Shown here: piece after piece, positions 45,484 through 55,292 of the stretch
Numbering within the stretch: position 1 is the first letter of the stretch
How the letters are laid out: every line of letters begins with the position of its first letter
Assembly (NCBI GenBank): GCA_946406645.1
Contig: CAMJLD010000002.1
Location: 6,974-70,973 of the forward strand
Reading direction: 5' to 3'
Length of the DNA: 64,000 bases
Source of the DNA: an uncultured Candidatus Saccharibacteria bacterium
GTDB lineage: Bacteria > Patescibacteriota > Saccharimonadia > Saccharimonadales > Saccharimonadaceae
Program-made: the position numbers and the translations under genes
Notes under the pieces: generated by a model
Seen by the model: the letters and a program-made list of their open reading frames with translations, nothing else
Database searches by the model: none
Told to the model about the DNA's origin: nothing

Positions 45484-47262
45484 ATGGAAAAGCAACCGAA
45501 AAATTCTGGGGAGTTGAGCCCAGAAGAGCAGTTCGATCAGGATTTGAATGATGTAGCCGAGTGGTATAGCGGCGTGGTCGCGGCAGGAAATGGGAAGGAG
45601 GCCCTTGCGTCTTTCGGCGTAAAAAGTCTCGATGAATTGAATGATGACCAAATATCTGATTTGGCTAGCAAGTATAGAGCGGGCAAAGAGAAGCAGAACG
45701 CCGATAAGGCAGGAGGCTCTAGCGTTAAGGGTGAAGGTAATAATGCTGGTCCGGAGGGCGAAGCTAAGAAGCACGAGCATCACAAAAAGATGGGAAAAGC
45801 GACGTATGTATTGGCTACAATCCTTGGCGTAACGATGGCTGCTTCGGCGGTGGGGGCCGGCGTTACGTTATTTGGCAACAAAGGCGAAGACGCGACAGAC
45901 GGTGGCGACAATGGTTTGCCAAATCCTCCTGAGCATACGATTGCGTATAATATTGATAACCAGGATAACCAGGACACCGACAATAAGGCTGAGCTTAAAG
46001 AAGCGATTGAATATAATCAGCATCACTACTTCAACGATCCGAATAAGGAAGCCGAACATCGCTCGCCGGAAGCAATATGCGCTGCTGAGACTGTGTTGAC
46101 TGACGCCTTTGGCGACCTCGACGAAGAATCGCAGAAGCTTCTTCTCGAAGGCAAGACCGAAGAAAATGCCGAGGCTTATGAAGCGGCTTGCAAGAAATTA
46201 CTCGATAGGGCTCTTGTTAGGAACTGCGAAGACTCGCACCAGACGGCAGCTAAGTATATCGACTTCTTGATTCAAGATTCTGAAGGCGATTACTTTAAGA
46301 AGTATGACTGGGGGGGTCTCAGCCCAGACGAGATTGAAGCGCAACTCGATGAGATGTCGGATGAAGAATATGCCGAACTCATGAAGTATATTGGCGATAT
46401 TTATGGCCATGCGACGATTGGCGGCATGGAAGCAAACGGCATTTGGACTAGCCACTTCCAGCGCGATTATGACCCAATTACTGGCGAGAAGCTGACAAAT
46501 GCTGATGGTTCCCAGAAGATTGTGAACTATGATGGCACCGTCCAGAGAAATGGTGCAGAAGAGACACAGTATCACCTTTGCAAAGTTGACGGAAATGGCG
46601 ACTTCATTGAAGGCGAATACTATGACACGGAAACTATTGTTCGCGCGAACGTTGAACATCTCAAGGTCTTTAAAGATGAGAATGACAATGTTCATATTGA
46701 GACGTACGATAGCAATGGCAATCTTCTTACGTATTGTCTTCAGTTTGAGAGGAGGGGCGGCAATCCCGATGATGAGCCGGGCCCAGTAAAGGAGAACGAC
46801 CCAACGCCGACTCCGACTCCGACCCCATACGACGGCAAGAATACTGATGCGCTTAATGCGAATAGTGGCAACCCGGGCTATGCTGATGTCCAGGGGCCAG
46901 CAGACGAGCAGTATGACCCAGGCGTACCCGGAGAATCTTCAACGCCTGGCGATCAGGGCCAAGCTGAGGGCGGCGCATACGGTGACGTTAGTAAGGACAC
47001 TCCATCTGTCGGTAGTGAGGGGAAGTCTATTGAAGAAGTCCAGGCTGATGCCGACAAGACTCTCGACGGTGAAGTTACGACGGCCCCAGATAATGGCGGA
47101 ATAACGCCGCCATCGGACAATCAGGCTCGCGAAGATGAAGCTCATAGAAACGAAGCTACGGTTACGCCTCCTCCGGCTAGTGGTGCAAATGGTGGCATGA
47201 CCCAACAAGAAGAAGCGGATTACATGAGTCAGTATGATGGCTACGGCCAGCAACAGGCGTAG
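45484..47262 (+). CDS. hypothetical single-pass membrane protein with large acidic extracytoplasmic region
   Basis: 592 aa. One TM segment (ATYVLATILGVTMAASAVGAGVTLF) after about 110 aa, a D/E/N-rich domain, a (PT)n linker (PTPTPTPTP), and a low-complexity tail. No family recognised. Confidence 0.65.
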   Translation: MEKQPKNSGELSPEEQFDQDLNDVAEWYSGVVAAGNGKEALASFGVKSLDELNDDQISDLASKYRAGKEKQNADKAGGSSVKGEGNNAGPEGEAKKHEHHKKMGKATYVLATILGVTMAASAVGAGVTLFGNKGEDATDGGDNGLPNPPEHTIAYNIDNQDNQDTDNKAELKEAIEYNQHHYFNDPNKEAEHRSPEAICAAETVLTDAFGDLDEESQKLLLEGKTEENAEAYEAACKKLLDRALVRNCEDSHQTAAKYIDFLIQDSEGDYFKKYDWGGLSPDEIEAQLDEMSDEEYAELMKYIGDIYGHATIGGMEANGIWTSHFQRDYDPITGEKLTNADGSQKIVNYDGTVQRNGAEETQYHLCKVDGNGDFIEGEYYDTETIVRANVEHLKVFKDENDNVHIETYDSNGNLLTYCLQFERRGGNPDDEPGPVKENDPTPTPTPTPYDGKNTDALNANSGNPGYADVQGPADEQYDPGVPGESSTPGDQGQAEGGAYGDVSKDTPSVGSEGKSIEEVQADADKTLDGEVTTAPDNGGITPPSDNQAREDEAHRNEATVTPPPASGANGGMTQQEEADYMSQYDGYGQQQA

Positions 47263-47297
47263 GGGGAATTAAGGAGAAAATAAAAAGGAGCACAGCA

Positions 47298-48737
47298 ATG
47301 CTAAAAACAAAAAATATCAAATTTAAGAGAAGGGCGATGATAGCGGGTTTTGTTGCGACCGCAGTTGCAGCAATCGTACCGTATGCGTCGAGCTCGGCGT
47401 GGGGGCCAGAGCGTACGACATTCACGGTTAAAGAACCTGCCGATTACATTACCTTCAACTCGATTACGGATAATACCGCAATTGGAGATGAGCGTAACTT
47501 CGTCCGTATCCGTGAAGCCGGCTCGACAGGCCCATATCGAGACAGTGTCGCGGTGACTCCTGGCAAGGAATACGAAGTGTATATCTACTTCCACAACGAT
47601 GGGAAGAGTTCTTTGAATGGTACTGGTAAAGGTGTCGCAACTGGCACGAAGATTAGGACTGAACTTTCCGATCAGAAGGTAAATTCCTCTAAGAAAGTAA
47701 AGGTCAGTGCGGTGCTCAAGGCTAACAACTCGAATCCGCTTGAGGTTTGGGATGAAGCCTACCTCACATCTACTTCGAAATATGATGTAAGTCTCCGTTA
47801 TGTTGCTGGCTCTGCTACGATTCATAACGGTTGGAAAGCAAACGGCTCTCCGCTTAGTGGCGACAGCTTGTTTGGTAATGACGGCGTATTAATTGGTGAA
47901 AACGTGCTTGATGGTACAATTCCGGCTTGTGCGGAGTTCTCCGGTTATGTGACTTATCGCATTCGTGCAGATCAGGCTGCCTCGAAGGTTAGCAAGACGG
48001 TTTCGAAAGATGGCAAGAGCTTCTTCGAGACGGTTGATGTTCAACCTGGCGATAAGCTTACTTATAAGGTTGACTTCGAGAATACCGGTACGCTCGACCT
48101 TACGAGTGTTACCTTCCACGATAAGCTTCCAGCTGGCGTGACGCTTGTTCCTGGTACGACTGTGCTTAAGAACATTACGAAGAACACCGAGACCAAAATG
48201 CCAGATGTAATCGGCCAGAATGGTTTCAGTATTGGTACTTATGGTCCAGGCACTAAGGCTAGCATCACTTACCAGGTGAAGGTTAATGCCGATGTCACTA
48301 ATGACCTTGAGTGCAATAAGAGCAAGACGCTCAAGAATACGGTTTATGCCGTTTATGGCGTGGGTACTACCGACCGTGGTGGCGAGGTCTACGATAGCTC
48401 CACTATCAAGGTCGCAAAGACATGTAATGACAACCCTCCAGATGACACTCCAAAGTGTGAAGATGGCGACAAAGAATGTATCTGCAAAGAGAATCCAAGC
48501 GATCCAATTTGCGATACTCCGGATACTCCAGATACTCCGGACACACCAAAGACTCCAGACGATCCAGACCTTCCGAAAACGGGCCCAGGTGAAATTGCGC
48601 TCGCAATCGTAGCGGTAGTCTGTATCGCAACTGGCGGTATCTACTGGTACCGTAGCCAGAAAGAAGTAGCAAAGATTCAGAACAACGTCGAAGGCAAAGA
48701 TGCTGAAGGTGGCGCGGATCCAAACGCTTCTAAATAA
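47298..48737 (+). CDS. LPxTG-type (LPKTG) cell-wall-anchored surface protein
   Basis: 479 aa. Signal peptide (...AAIVPYASSSAW), beta-rich repeat-domain-like body, a (TPD)n linker, and DLPKTGPGEIALAIVAVVCIATGGIYWYRSQKE as the sorting signal. SD AAGGAG. Confidence 0.8.
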   Translation: MLKTKNIKFKRRAMIAGFVATAVAAIVPYASSSAWGPERTTFTVKEPADYITFNSITDNTAIGDERNFVRIREAGSTGPYRDSVAVTPGKEYEVYIYFHNDGKSSLNGTGKGVATGTKIRTELSDQKVNSSKKVKVSAVLKANNSNPLEVWDEAYLTSTSKYDVSLRYVAGSATIHNGWKANGSPLSGDSLFGNDGVLIGENVLDGTIPACAEFSGYVTYRIRADQAASKVSKTVSKDGKSFFETVDVQPGDKLTYKVDFENTGTLDLTSVTFHDKLPAGVTLVPGTTVLKNITKNTETKMPDVIGQNGFSIGTYGPGTKASITYQVKVNADVTNDLECNKSKTLKNTVYAVYGVGTTDRGGEVYDSSTIKVAKTCNDNPPDDTPKCEDGDKECICKENPSDPICDTPDTPDTPDTPKTPDDPDLPKTGPGEIALAIVAVVCIATGGIYWYRSQKEVAKIQNNVEGKDAEGGADPNASK

Positions 48738-48758
48738 ATAGCAAAAAGCTCCTTTTGA

Positions 48759-48793
48759 AATAGCACCGGACTGGGTATCCCGGTGCTATTTTC
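48759..48793 (+). terminator. Rho-independent terminator
   Basis: AATAGCACCGG-actgggtatc-CCGGTGCTATT followed by TT. Confidence 0.7.
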
Positions 48794-48808
48794 TTGTCCC
48801 CCTAACGC

Positions 48809-48837
48809 TTGCTTTTTGGCATTCAATCTGCTATAAT
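48809..48837 (+). promoter_or_regulatory. rplU promoter
   Basis: TTGCTT (48809-48814), 17-nt spacer, TGc-TATAAT (48832-48837). Confidence 0.6.
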
Positions 48838-48861
48838 GGCACGAGTAATAAAAGGAATTTT

Positions 48862-49170
48862 ATGAAAAAAGCAGTCGTAAAGATTGGCGGCAAGCAGTAC
48901 GTTGTCGCTGAAAAAGAGACCCTCCGTGTGGACCTCCTCCCGGAAGGAACCAAAGATCTCGCTCTCGATGCTTTACTCGTAATTGATGGCGACAAGACCA
49001 CGGTCGGTACGCCAACGGTTAGCGGAGTTAAGGTGAAGGCGAAGGTCGTTGAGGCAAAGGTAGCTGGCGACAAGGTTCGCGTTATCCGCTACCACTCCAA
49101 GAAACGCGTTCACACTGAGACTGGCCATCGCCAGAAGTATAGTGAAATCGAAATCGTTTCGATCGCTTAA
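48862..49170 (+). CDS. rplU: 50S ribosomal protein L21
   Basis: 102 aa. MKKAVVKIGGKQYVVAEKETLRVD...RVIRYHSKKRVHTETGHRQKYSEIEI. Confidence 0.93.
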   Translation: MKKAVVKIGGKQYVVAEKETLRVDLLPEGTKDLALDALLVIDGDKTTVGTPTVSGVKVKAKVVEAKVAGDKVRVIRYHSKKRVHTETGHRQKYSEIEIVSIA

Positions 49171-49173
49171 TAG

Positions 49174-49201
49174 AAAAGCCCCTCGCAAGAAGGGGCTTTT
49201 T
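49174..49201 (+). terminator. Rho-independent terminator after rplU
   Basis: AAGCCCCT-cgcaaga-AGGGGCTT followed by TTT. Confidence 0.7.
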
Positions 49202-49309
49202 GTTGTAGAAGTAGATTTTAGTGGTTTTTTGTTGTCGTTTTTGTGCTTATGGTATAATTATGAGCATAAGAAGAAACATCCTGGCAATGGGGATGAAGAG
49301 GAGGAATAA

Positions 49310-49876
49310 ATGAAAAAGAAGAAGAAGATTGCGCTCGTTGCTGCGTTCTTCGTTTTTAGTGCCACTGCGCTTGGGCTGGTAGCTATGGTCTATGCGAAAT
49401 ACGTTAGCAAGATCGAAAAGACGGGGACTGCTACTGTTGCGAAGTGGGCGTTCACGACGGACAACCTTGCGGGCAGTGTTGCTTGTGAGCTCGACGAGAC
49501 TTATGATGCAACTACGCTAGTTGCTGATAGGATTGCTCCTGGCACGTCTGGCAAGTGCCCGATTTTGGTGTCTAATGCAAATTCCGAGGTCGGCATTCGT
49601 TACGACATTAAGCCGAGTACGGTCGCCAACCAGCCAAAAAATTTGAAGTTTTACAAAGAGGCGGCTCATACGAACGAAATCACCGGCGCGACCACAATTA
49701 ATGGTACCTTGGCGCCAGGTGCGGCCGCAACTACGGTTTATGTCTATTGGCAGTGGCCATATCAGGACGGTACTGAAGAGTACGACGCTGACGACACGAC
49801 TGATGGCGAAAACGCAAATACGATGACCATGACGTTTGACGTGGTCGGTACTCAAATCCAGCCAGTCGCTCAATAA
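49310..49876 (+). CDS. secreted/anchored small protein, TasA/camelysin-like beta-sandwich (tentative), paralog 1
   Basis: 188 aa. N-terminal K-rich plus hydrophobic segment ending ...MVYAKYVS, IAPGTSGKCPILVSNANSEVGIRYDI, and YWQWPYQ. SD GAGGAGG, with TGg-TATAAT at 49249-49257. Confidence 0.6.
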   Translation: MKKKKKIALVAAFFVFSATALGLVAMVYAKYVSKIEKTGTATVAKWAFTTDNLAGSVACELDETYDATTLVADRIAPGTSGKCPILVSNANSEVGIRYDIKPSTVANQPKNLKFYKEAAHTNEITGATTINGTLAPGAAATTVYVYWQWPYQDGTEEYDADDTTDGENANTMTMTFDVVGTQIQPVAQ

Positions 49877-49951
49877 AGACTTAGTGGAGCTTAGCCTCCA
49901 CATGGGTAATTAAAATTTTTTGATTGCCTATGTGGGGGCTAAAGAGGAGTA

Positions 49952-50698
49952 ATGGGGAAGAAGAAAGAGAAAAACAGCAGGCCTTTGATTGTGGCCGTAA
50001 TCGTATTATCGATAACGGTCGGTGTTTTGCTGTGGCTCCTCTTGAGGCCTATGCCAGAGCCGGATAGAATTCCGACGGGGAATGTTGAGGTATTTGGCAT
50101 TCGAATTGGTATTATTTGCAGGAACAAGGACGGCACGAGTTGCTATGACGACGAGGACGGCTTCATTCCGCACGTAGCGCCACCTGCAGGTAAGAAAAAA
50201 TCGAGCGACGGGGACGAAAAGAAGATAAATGGCGAAACAGACACTGACGTTGAAAGGGAGGGGATTGTCTACGTCGACGATGTGAACGGACGCTATGTTT
50301 ATCAGAAAAACTTGAAGATTTTCGAAAATGCCGCTTTTGAATACACGAGTAAAATCGCGCCGGGCGTGTCAAATTCGTATGATTTTAAGGTGCACAACGA
50401 GACGGAAGCAGCGATCCGTTATAATGTAGAGTTTACGGAGACGTCTGAATATGCGGTAAACATGCAATATCGCCTGAAGCGCGAAGGTGTCTATGTCGTA
50501 GGTAATGATTCTGAGTGGGTTGATGCTAGTGCGCTAAGCTCGGCGTTTAAGGATTTAGCGATAGATGGCGTGGACAGCTATTCTCTAGATTGGCGGTGGC
50601 CATACGAGAGCGAACGGGATGCGCTTGATACAGAAATAGGCGAGAAGATGGCTTCCGAATATAGCCTAGCTATTAAAATTAATTTCGAGGAAGTCTGA
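49952..50698 (+). CDS. membrane-anchored protein, TasA/camelysin-like (tentative), paralog 2
   Basis: 248 aa. N-terminal TM segment, KIAPGVSNSYDFKVHNETEAAIRYNVEF, and LDWRWPYES. SD AGAGGAG. Confidence 0.6.
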   Translation: MGKKKEKNSRPLIVAVIVLSITVGVLLWLLLRPMPEPDRIPTGNVEVFGIRIGIICRNKDGTSCYDDEDGFIPHVAPPAGKKKSSDGDEKKINGETDTDVEREGIVYVDDVNGRYVYQKNLKIFENAAFEYTSKIAPGVSNSYDFKVHNETEAAIRYNVEFTETSEYAVNMQYRLKREGVYVVGNDSEWVDASALSSAFKDLAIDGVDSYSLDWRWPYESERDALDTEIGEKMASEYSLAIKINFEEV

Positions 50699-50699
50699 T

Positions 50700-51215
50700 A
50701 TGGTGGCTCGCGGCAAGAGAATTTCGATACGAAGGTATATAGTGCCGCTTGGAGTTGTGGTTTGCTGCCTATTTGTAGCCGGCGTGAGTTCGGCAAAAAT
50801 GGCGAACAAGAATCCGGTTTCGCGGGGGAGCGAAGTACACGTCGCCGGATGGAGCGTAGACGTTAGTGCGGTCGATGACGATAGTTTAGTCTTGGATGCC
50901 GGCGGCACCACGCAATCTTATTCGCTTGTCGTTGAGAACAATTCCGAGGTGGTTAGTACCTACGGCATTAAGGTTTCTGGCATTCCGGCGAATATCAAGA
51001 TTGGCTTAGACGTGGCTTCGGTGGCTGATTTAGTAGTTCCCGACGGCGGCGAGGTGGTGTTCGCTAACACTGGTGGAGATTTAGGCTATGGCGTACCGGA
51101 TAATACGAGGACGCATATTTTGACTTTGCAGGCCGAGCCGACTGCGGATGTTACTTCTGAAGACGTTGATTTGGCGATTGACGTGCTATTTGCACAGAAG
51201 GACCCGCGGCTATGA
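50700..51215 (+). CDS. secreted small protein, paralog 3 (tentative)
   Basis: 171 aa. It starts 1 nt after the previous stop. Signal/anchor ...VAGVSSAKM and LDAGGTTQSYSLVVENNSEVVSTYGIKV. Confidence 0.55.
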   Translation: MVARGKRISIRRYIVPLGVVVCCLFVAGVSSAKMANKNPVSRGSEVHVAGWSVDVSAVDDDSLVLDAGGTTQSYSLVVENNSEVVSTYGIKVSGIPANIKIGLDVASVADLVVPDGGEVVFANTGGDLGYGVPDNTRTHILTLQAEPTADVTSEDVDLAIDVLFAQKDPRL

Positions 51216-53197
51216 TGAAAATGAAGTGGCGTTATATCGTGGCCGGAGCCTTGGCGGTATCGATTGGCCTTTTATGCGCCGATGGTGCTCAGGCGAAGTA
51301 TGTCGAGAAGAAGAGTCTCGTCTTGAAAATCAGTGTTGAGAAACATTACGAAGTGGCGTTTGACGCGAATGGCGGCACCGGTACAATGTCAAACCAGGCA
51401 TTTACGGTTGGCGTTCAGCAAGCGCTTGCGACGAACGAATATGCCAAAGACGGATATTATTTTGCCGGTTGGAATACGCAGCCGGACGGTTCGGGCGCTA
51501 CATATTATGACGGAGAAATGATTAGAGCTGACCTTACGAATGTTGGCGGTGCTACGGTAAATCTTTATGCGCAGTGGGAAGCAGATGCGATGCATACGGT
51601 GTTCAAAATTGAGGGGACCTGCGTTTTCCACGGTTACGATATCCAACAGGGCACTGGCGACGGATATATTACCGGGACTGGGTGTACGACTGGCGATACT
51701 GACTGGGCTGATGGAACGCATAAGTATATTGACACGGGTGTAAGCCTGTATAATACCACGAATTACGAGAAAGATTATGAGGTGGGATTTACCATCACGG
51801 CATACGATTCGGCGCATCAGTACAAAGAGCCGGGCGACAGCGCGTCTCAGGCTACATTCTTCAACTCGAAGTTTGAGGACGTCAACAGGCACTGGCCTGG
51901 CGTCGTGATTCGCAAAAGTGGCGACAAGATTGAGCTGACGCAAACGATTAAGAAGGGTAGCACTTACGAAAAGAAGACTGGCACTGGCCCTAGTACTACG
52001 ACGAAAGTTGTGCTAACGAGAGTTGATGGTGTCTTGTATTATTCCGTCAACGGCGGAGACTTCCAATTATTGCAAGACATGCAGGGTACTTCGGATTATT
52101 TCGACACGACTGCCTGGTTTGGTGCGGGGCAGAAAGGGGATAATGGCTTGCCGATGCGCTATATCGATGCGACGATGACGGATATCTATATCAAGGTTGG
52201 CGAGAAGGGCGCTAATAAGCATACGGTCAGCTTTGACGCGGGCGGTGTAGTGGCTGACCCAGCAGATGTGAATATTATCGGTACGAGCAAGATTGGAAAT
52301 GCGCTTCCGGGCATGCCGAATTATGTCGATACTACGGATGGTCGCTTGTACTTCATTGGCTGGTATTCCGGCGTTGACGGTGCGGGCGATAAATATGACG
52401 AGGATTCTATTATCAGTCGCGATGTGACGCTCCATGCGTTCTGGAATGACGAACTAATCGTTTGTAGTGTAGGCGGTGATACTTACGGTGATTTGCAGAC
52501 CTGCATCGATGAAGCGTCTGCTGGCGACACGATTACCTTGCTTGATAATCTGAGGGCGCAGGTCAATGTGGCGAGCGATAAAGACATTACGCTCGACTTG
52601 GATGGGCATAAGCTTAGCGATAATTCCGTTGCTGGTATGCCGATAATCGAAAACTTCGGTAAGATAACAATCGTAAACGGCATGATTACTTCGACGCTTA
52701 GAGCGGGCGTGCTGAACAATAACTCCACGGGCGAGATGCATATCGAAAACGACGCACGTATTGTGGCGACGGGCTCGCGCCAGGCGGTTTACAACAATGG
52801 CGGTAGGCTAGAGATTAGTGGAAATGCGTACCTAAGTGCCGTGTCCAATGAGCGCGCCGCCGTCCAGAACTTAGGTAACGGTCAACTCGTGATTACGGGC
52901 GGTACAATTATCTCGACTAAGCAAGAAGCCGTGAAGGTCGAATCTGGGACGTTGACGATTGGTGTTGAGGATGGCGTGGCGGATAGCAGTGCTCCGATCC
53001 TTCAGGGCGCAACCTACGGCGTCAATACGAGCGTGGATATTTCGATGTTTGACGGCAAATTGAGGGGCAAGACGGCTGCGATTAATAACACTAGTAGCAT
53101 CACGGCGACGGAAGATGGCGCTACGGCGGTCGGTATTGATGCGGTGGCGACGGAAGTTATCGACGGTGTGACGTACAAGGTCATTTATTACCAATAG
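51212..53197 (+). CDS. large secreted protein: two Listeria-Bacteroides (Flg_new) repeats plus C-terminal parallel beta-helix-like region
   Basis: 661 aa. Signal peptide ...CADGAQAKYV, VAFDANGGTGTM...GYYFAGWNTQPDGSG...LYAQW, a second degenerate copy ...FIGWYSGVDGAG...LHAFW, and repetitive G..I.N.G...I turns over residues about 420-640. Confidence 0.75.
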   Translation: MMKMKWRYIVAGALAVSIGLLCADGAQAKYVEKKSLVLKISVEKHYEVAFDANGGTGTMSNQAFTVGVQQALATNEYAKDGYYFAGWNTQPDGSGATYYDGEMIRADLTNVGGATVNLYAQWEADAMHTVFKIEGTCVFHGYDIQQGTGDGYITGTGCTTGDTDWADGTHKYIDTGVSLYNTTNYEKDYEVGFTITAYDSAHQYKEPGDSASQATFFNSKFEDVNRHWPGVVIRKSGDKIELTQTIKKGSTYEKKTGTGPSTTTKVVLTRVDGVLYYSVNGGDFQLLQDMQGTSDYFDTTAWFGAGQKGDNGLPMRYIDATMTDIYIKVGEKGANKHTVSFDAGGVVADPADVNIIGTSKIGNALPGMPNYVDTTDGRLYFIGWYSGVDGAGDKYDEDSIISRDVTLHAFWNDELIVCSVGGDTYGDLQTCIDEASAGDTITLLDNLRAQVNVASDKDITLDLDGHKLSDNSVAGMPIIENFGKITIVNGMITSTLRAGVLNNNSTGEMHIENDARIVATGSRQAVYNNGGRLEISGNAYLSAVSNERAAVQNLGNGQLVITGGTIISTKQEAVKVESGTLTIGVEDGVADSSAPILQGATYGVNTSVDISMFDGKLRGKTAAINNTSSITATEDGATAVGIDAVATEVIDGVTYKVIYYQ

Positions 53198-53230
53198 CAT
53201 TATGAGCCGATTATGGTAATATAAATATAT

Positions 53231-54475
53231 ATGAGTGTGGTATTTGGAATTATTGTTGGTCTATTTATCTTGATGTTGCTCGTGACAGGGCATGAGCTCG
53301 GGCATTTTATTGCTGCAAGGAGAAACGGCGTCGAAGTTGAGGAGTTCGGGATTGGTTTCCCGCCGCGCGCGATCGCTTGGCGCAAGGTTGACGGTAAGTG
53401 GCGCCGGATTAAGAAAACCGAGTGGAAGAAGATGCCGGGCGAAGGTCTTGTGCTATCTCTAAACTGGCTGCCGATTGGCGGCTTCTGCCAGATGAAGGGC
53501 GAGAGTGATGCTGATACGCGCAAGGGTAGTTTTGGCCGAGCCAACTTCTGGCGCAAGACGAAGATTCTCTTTGCCGGCGTAGCGATGAACTGGCTAATGG
53601 CGTTCATTGTTCTAACAGTGTTGGCTTGGATTGGTATGCCGCATCTTCTGTCGAATCAATTTCAGATTGACGAGGATACGCAGCTCGTCGTGAAGCGGCC
53701 GGTGACGATCGGTGAAGTGAAGAAGGGGAGCCCAGCGGATTTAGTGAACTTACATGAGGGTGATATTGTGCGTCAGATGCGTTTTGTGGGCTGTTCAGAG
53801 CCCGGCTGTGAGGTTTCTGACGGCGAAAGGGTACAGATTACCACCACGGGCGATTTGCTCGCATTCAACGAGAAATACGCCGGTCAGAAGGTGTGGATGA
53901 CCTACGAGCGCAACTCCGATGTCATGACGGCAGAGATTCAGCTAAATGGCGCGGATGATGAATATATTCTTGGCGCGACGATTGGCGATTTGATTTACTA
54001 TCGGAATACTTGGAGCGCGCCGGTTGTCGGCTTTATGACGACTTTGCAGCTGACGGGCGAGACTTTTAAGGGGATAGGGGAACTCGTCTGGAATCTCTTC
54101 AGTGGTGTGGCGCGACAGTTGAACATCTTTGATTCCGGTGCTCGTCAGAGCGGGGCAGAGGCGGTGCAGAAAGCCGGCGATTCCGTGAGTGGCCCGGTTG
54201 GGATTATCGGAGTGTTATTCCCGAATATGTTGTCGAGCGGTATTAATACTTTGCTGTTCTTGACGGCGATTATTTCGATTTCGCTTGCGTGCATGAATGT
54301 TTTGCCGATTCCGGCGCTCGACGGCGGACGCTGGCTACTCATTCTGATTTTCAAATTACGTAAGAAAAAGTTGACGAAAGAAACTGAGGAAAAAATTGTT
54401 GGGCGTGCGTTTGCAGCGTTGCTCATAATCGTCGCAATTGTGACGGTGCTCGATATTGTGAGGCTGATACGATGA
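53231..54475 (+). CDS. rseP: RIP metalloprotease RseP (site-2 protease, M50)
   Basis: 414 aa. HELGHF at the N-terminus, a PDZ-like middle region, and NVLPIPALDGG. Confidence 0.85.
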   Translation: MSVVFGIIVGLFILMLLVTGHELGHFIAARRNGVEVEEFGIGFPPRAIAWRKVDGKWRRIKKTEWKKMPGEGLVLSLNWLPIGGFCQMKGESDADTRKGSFGRANFWRKTKILFAGVAMNWLMAFIVLTVLAWIGMPHLLSNQFQIDEDTQLVVKRPVTIGEVKKGSPADLVNLHEGDIVRQMRFVGCSEPGCEVSDGERVQITTTGDLLAFNEKYAGQKVWMTYERNSDVMTAEIQLNGADDEYILGATIGDLIYYRNTWSAPVVGFMTTLQLTGETFKGIGELVWNLFSGVARQLNIFDSGARQSGAEAVQKAGDSVSGPVGIIGVLFPNMLSSGINTLLFLTAIISISLACMNVLPIPALDGGRWLLILIFKLRKKKLTKETEEKIVGRAFAALLIIVAIVTVLDIVRLIR

Positions 54476-55272
54476 CGACGGCCGAAGCTAAGAAGAGCGA
54501 CTCTGCCACTAAAAAATCGGATAAAAAAGTTGAACGCGGTCGACTATACGCAATTAACGCTTGGCTTGAAAAGAACAAAAAAGCAGCTACTGCCATCTGG
54601 GCGTTCGCTATTGCGGCGTGGGTTGGAGCAGCGCTTTTTGGCGTTCAATGGGCGTTGATTTATTTGTTCAGGGCGATTATGCCGGCTGAGGTTTTGGCGT
54701 CGAATTGGTTTAGCGCGGTCTTTTCGTTTGTTTGTTATGCCATTAGTTTGGTAGTTATCGTGGCGGTGCCTTGGCGCTTCATGAAAGTTAAAACATCGCG
54801 CGATGAGCTCGGCTTGAAAGGCTTGCCGACTTGGACCGATATGTTGCTTGGGCCAGTTGGTTTTGGAGTATCGTTAATTGCGGCTGGTGCTTTGACGGCG
54901 CTTATGATGCTATTGTTGCCTAGTGTAAACTGGCAACAAACGCAAGAGGTTGGTTTCCATGGCTTGTATGCGATGGGCGATTATCTCGTGGCTTTCGTCT
55001 GCCTTGTCGTGTTGGCGCCTATTGCAGAGGAGATTATCTTTCGTGGTTGGCTATATGGAAAGTTACGCTCGCGGATGGCTGCCATACCTGCAATTCTGGT
55101 TGTTTCGGTGCTGTTCGGCATTATGCATGGGCAAATGAATGTTGGCGTGGTGGTTTTTGCGATGAGCGTCGTGATGTGTATTTCGCGCGAATTGACGGGA
55201 ACGATTTGGGCCGGGATTCTGGTCCATATGATTAAGAACGGCGTGGCGTTCTTCTTCCTATTCCGAATGTAG
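54472..55272 (+). CDS. CPBP family (CAAX-type) intramembrane glutamic endopeptidase
   Basis: 266 aa, polytopic. APIAEEIIFRGWLY, FGIMHG and HMIKN motifs. It overlaps the rseP stop by 4 nt. Confidence 0.75.
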   Translation: MTTAEAKKSDSATKKSDKKVERGRLYAINAWLEKNKKAATAIWAFAIAAWVGAALFGVQWALIYLFRAIMPAEVLASNWFSAVFSFVCYAISLVVIVAVPWRFMKVKTSRDELGLKGLPTWTDMLLGPVGFGVSLIAAGALTALMMLLLPSVNWQQTQEVGFHGLYAMGDYLVAFVCLVVLAPIAEEIIFRGWLYGKLRSRMAAIPAILVVSVLFGIMHGQMNVGVVVFAMSVVMCISRELTGTIWAGILVHMIKNGVAFFFLFRM

Positions 55273-55292
55273 TGAAGTGATAAAATAGAGAT

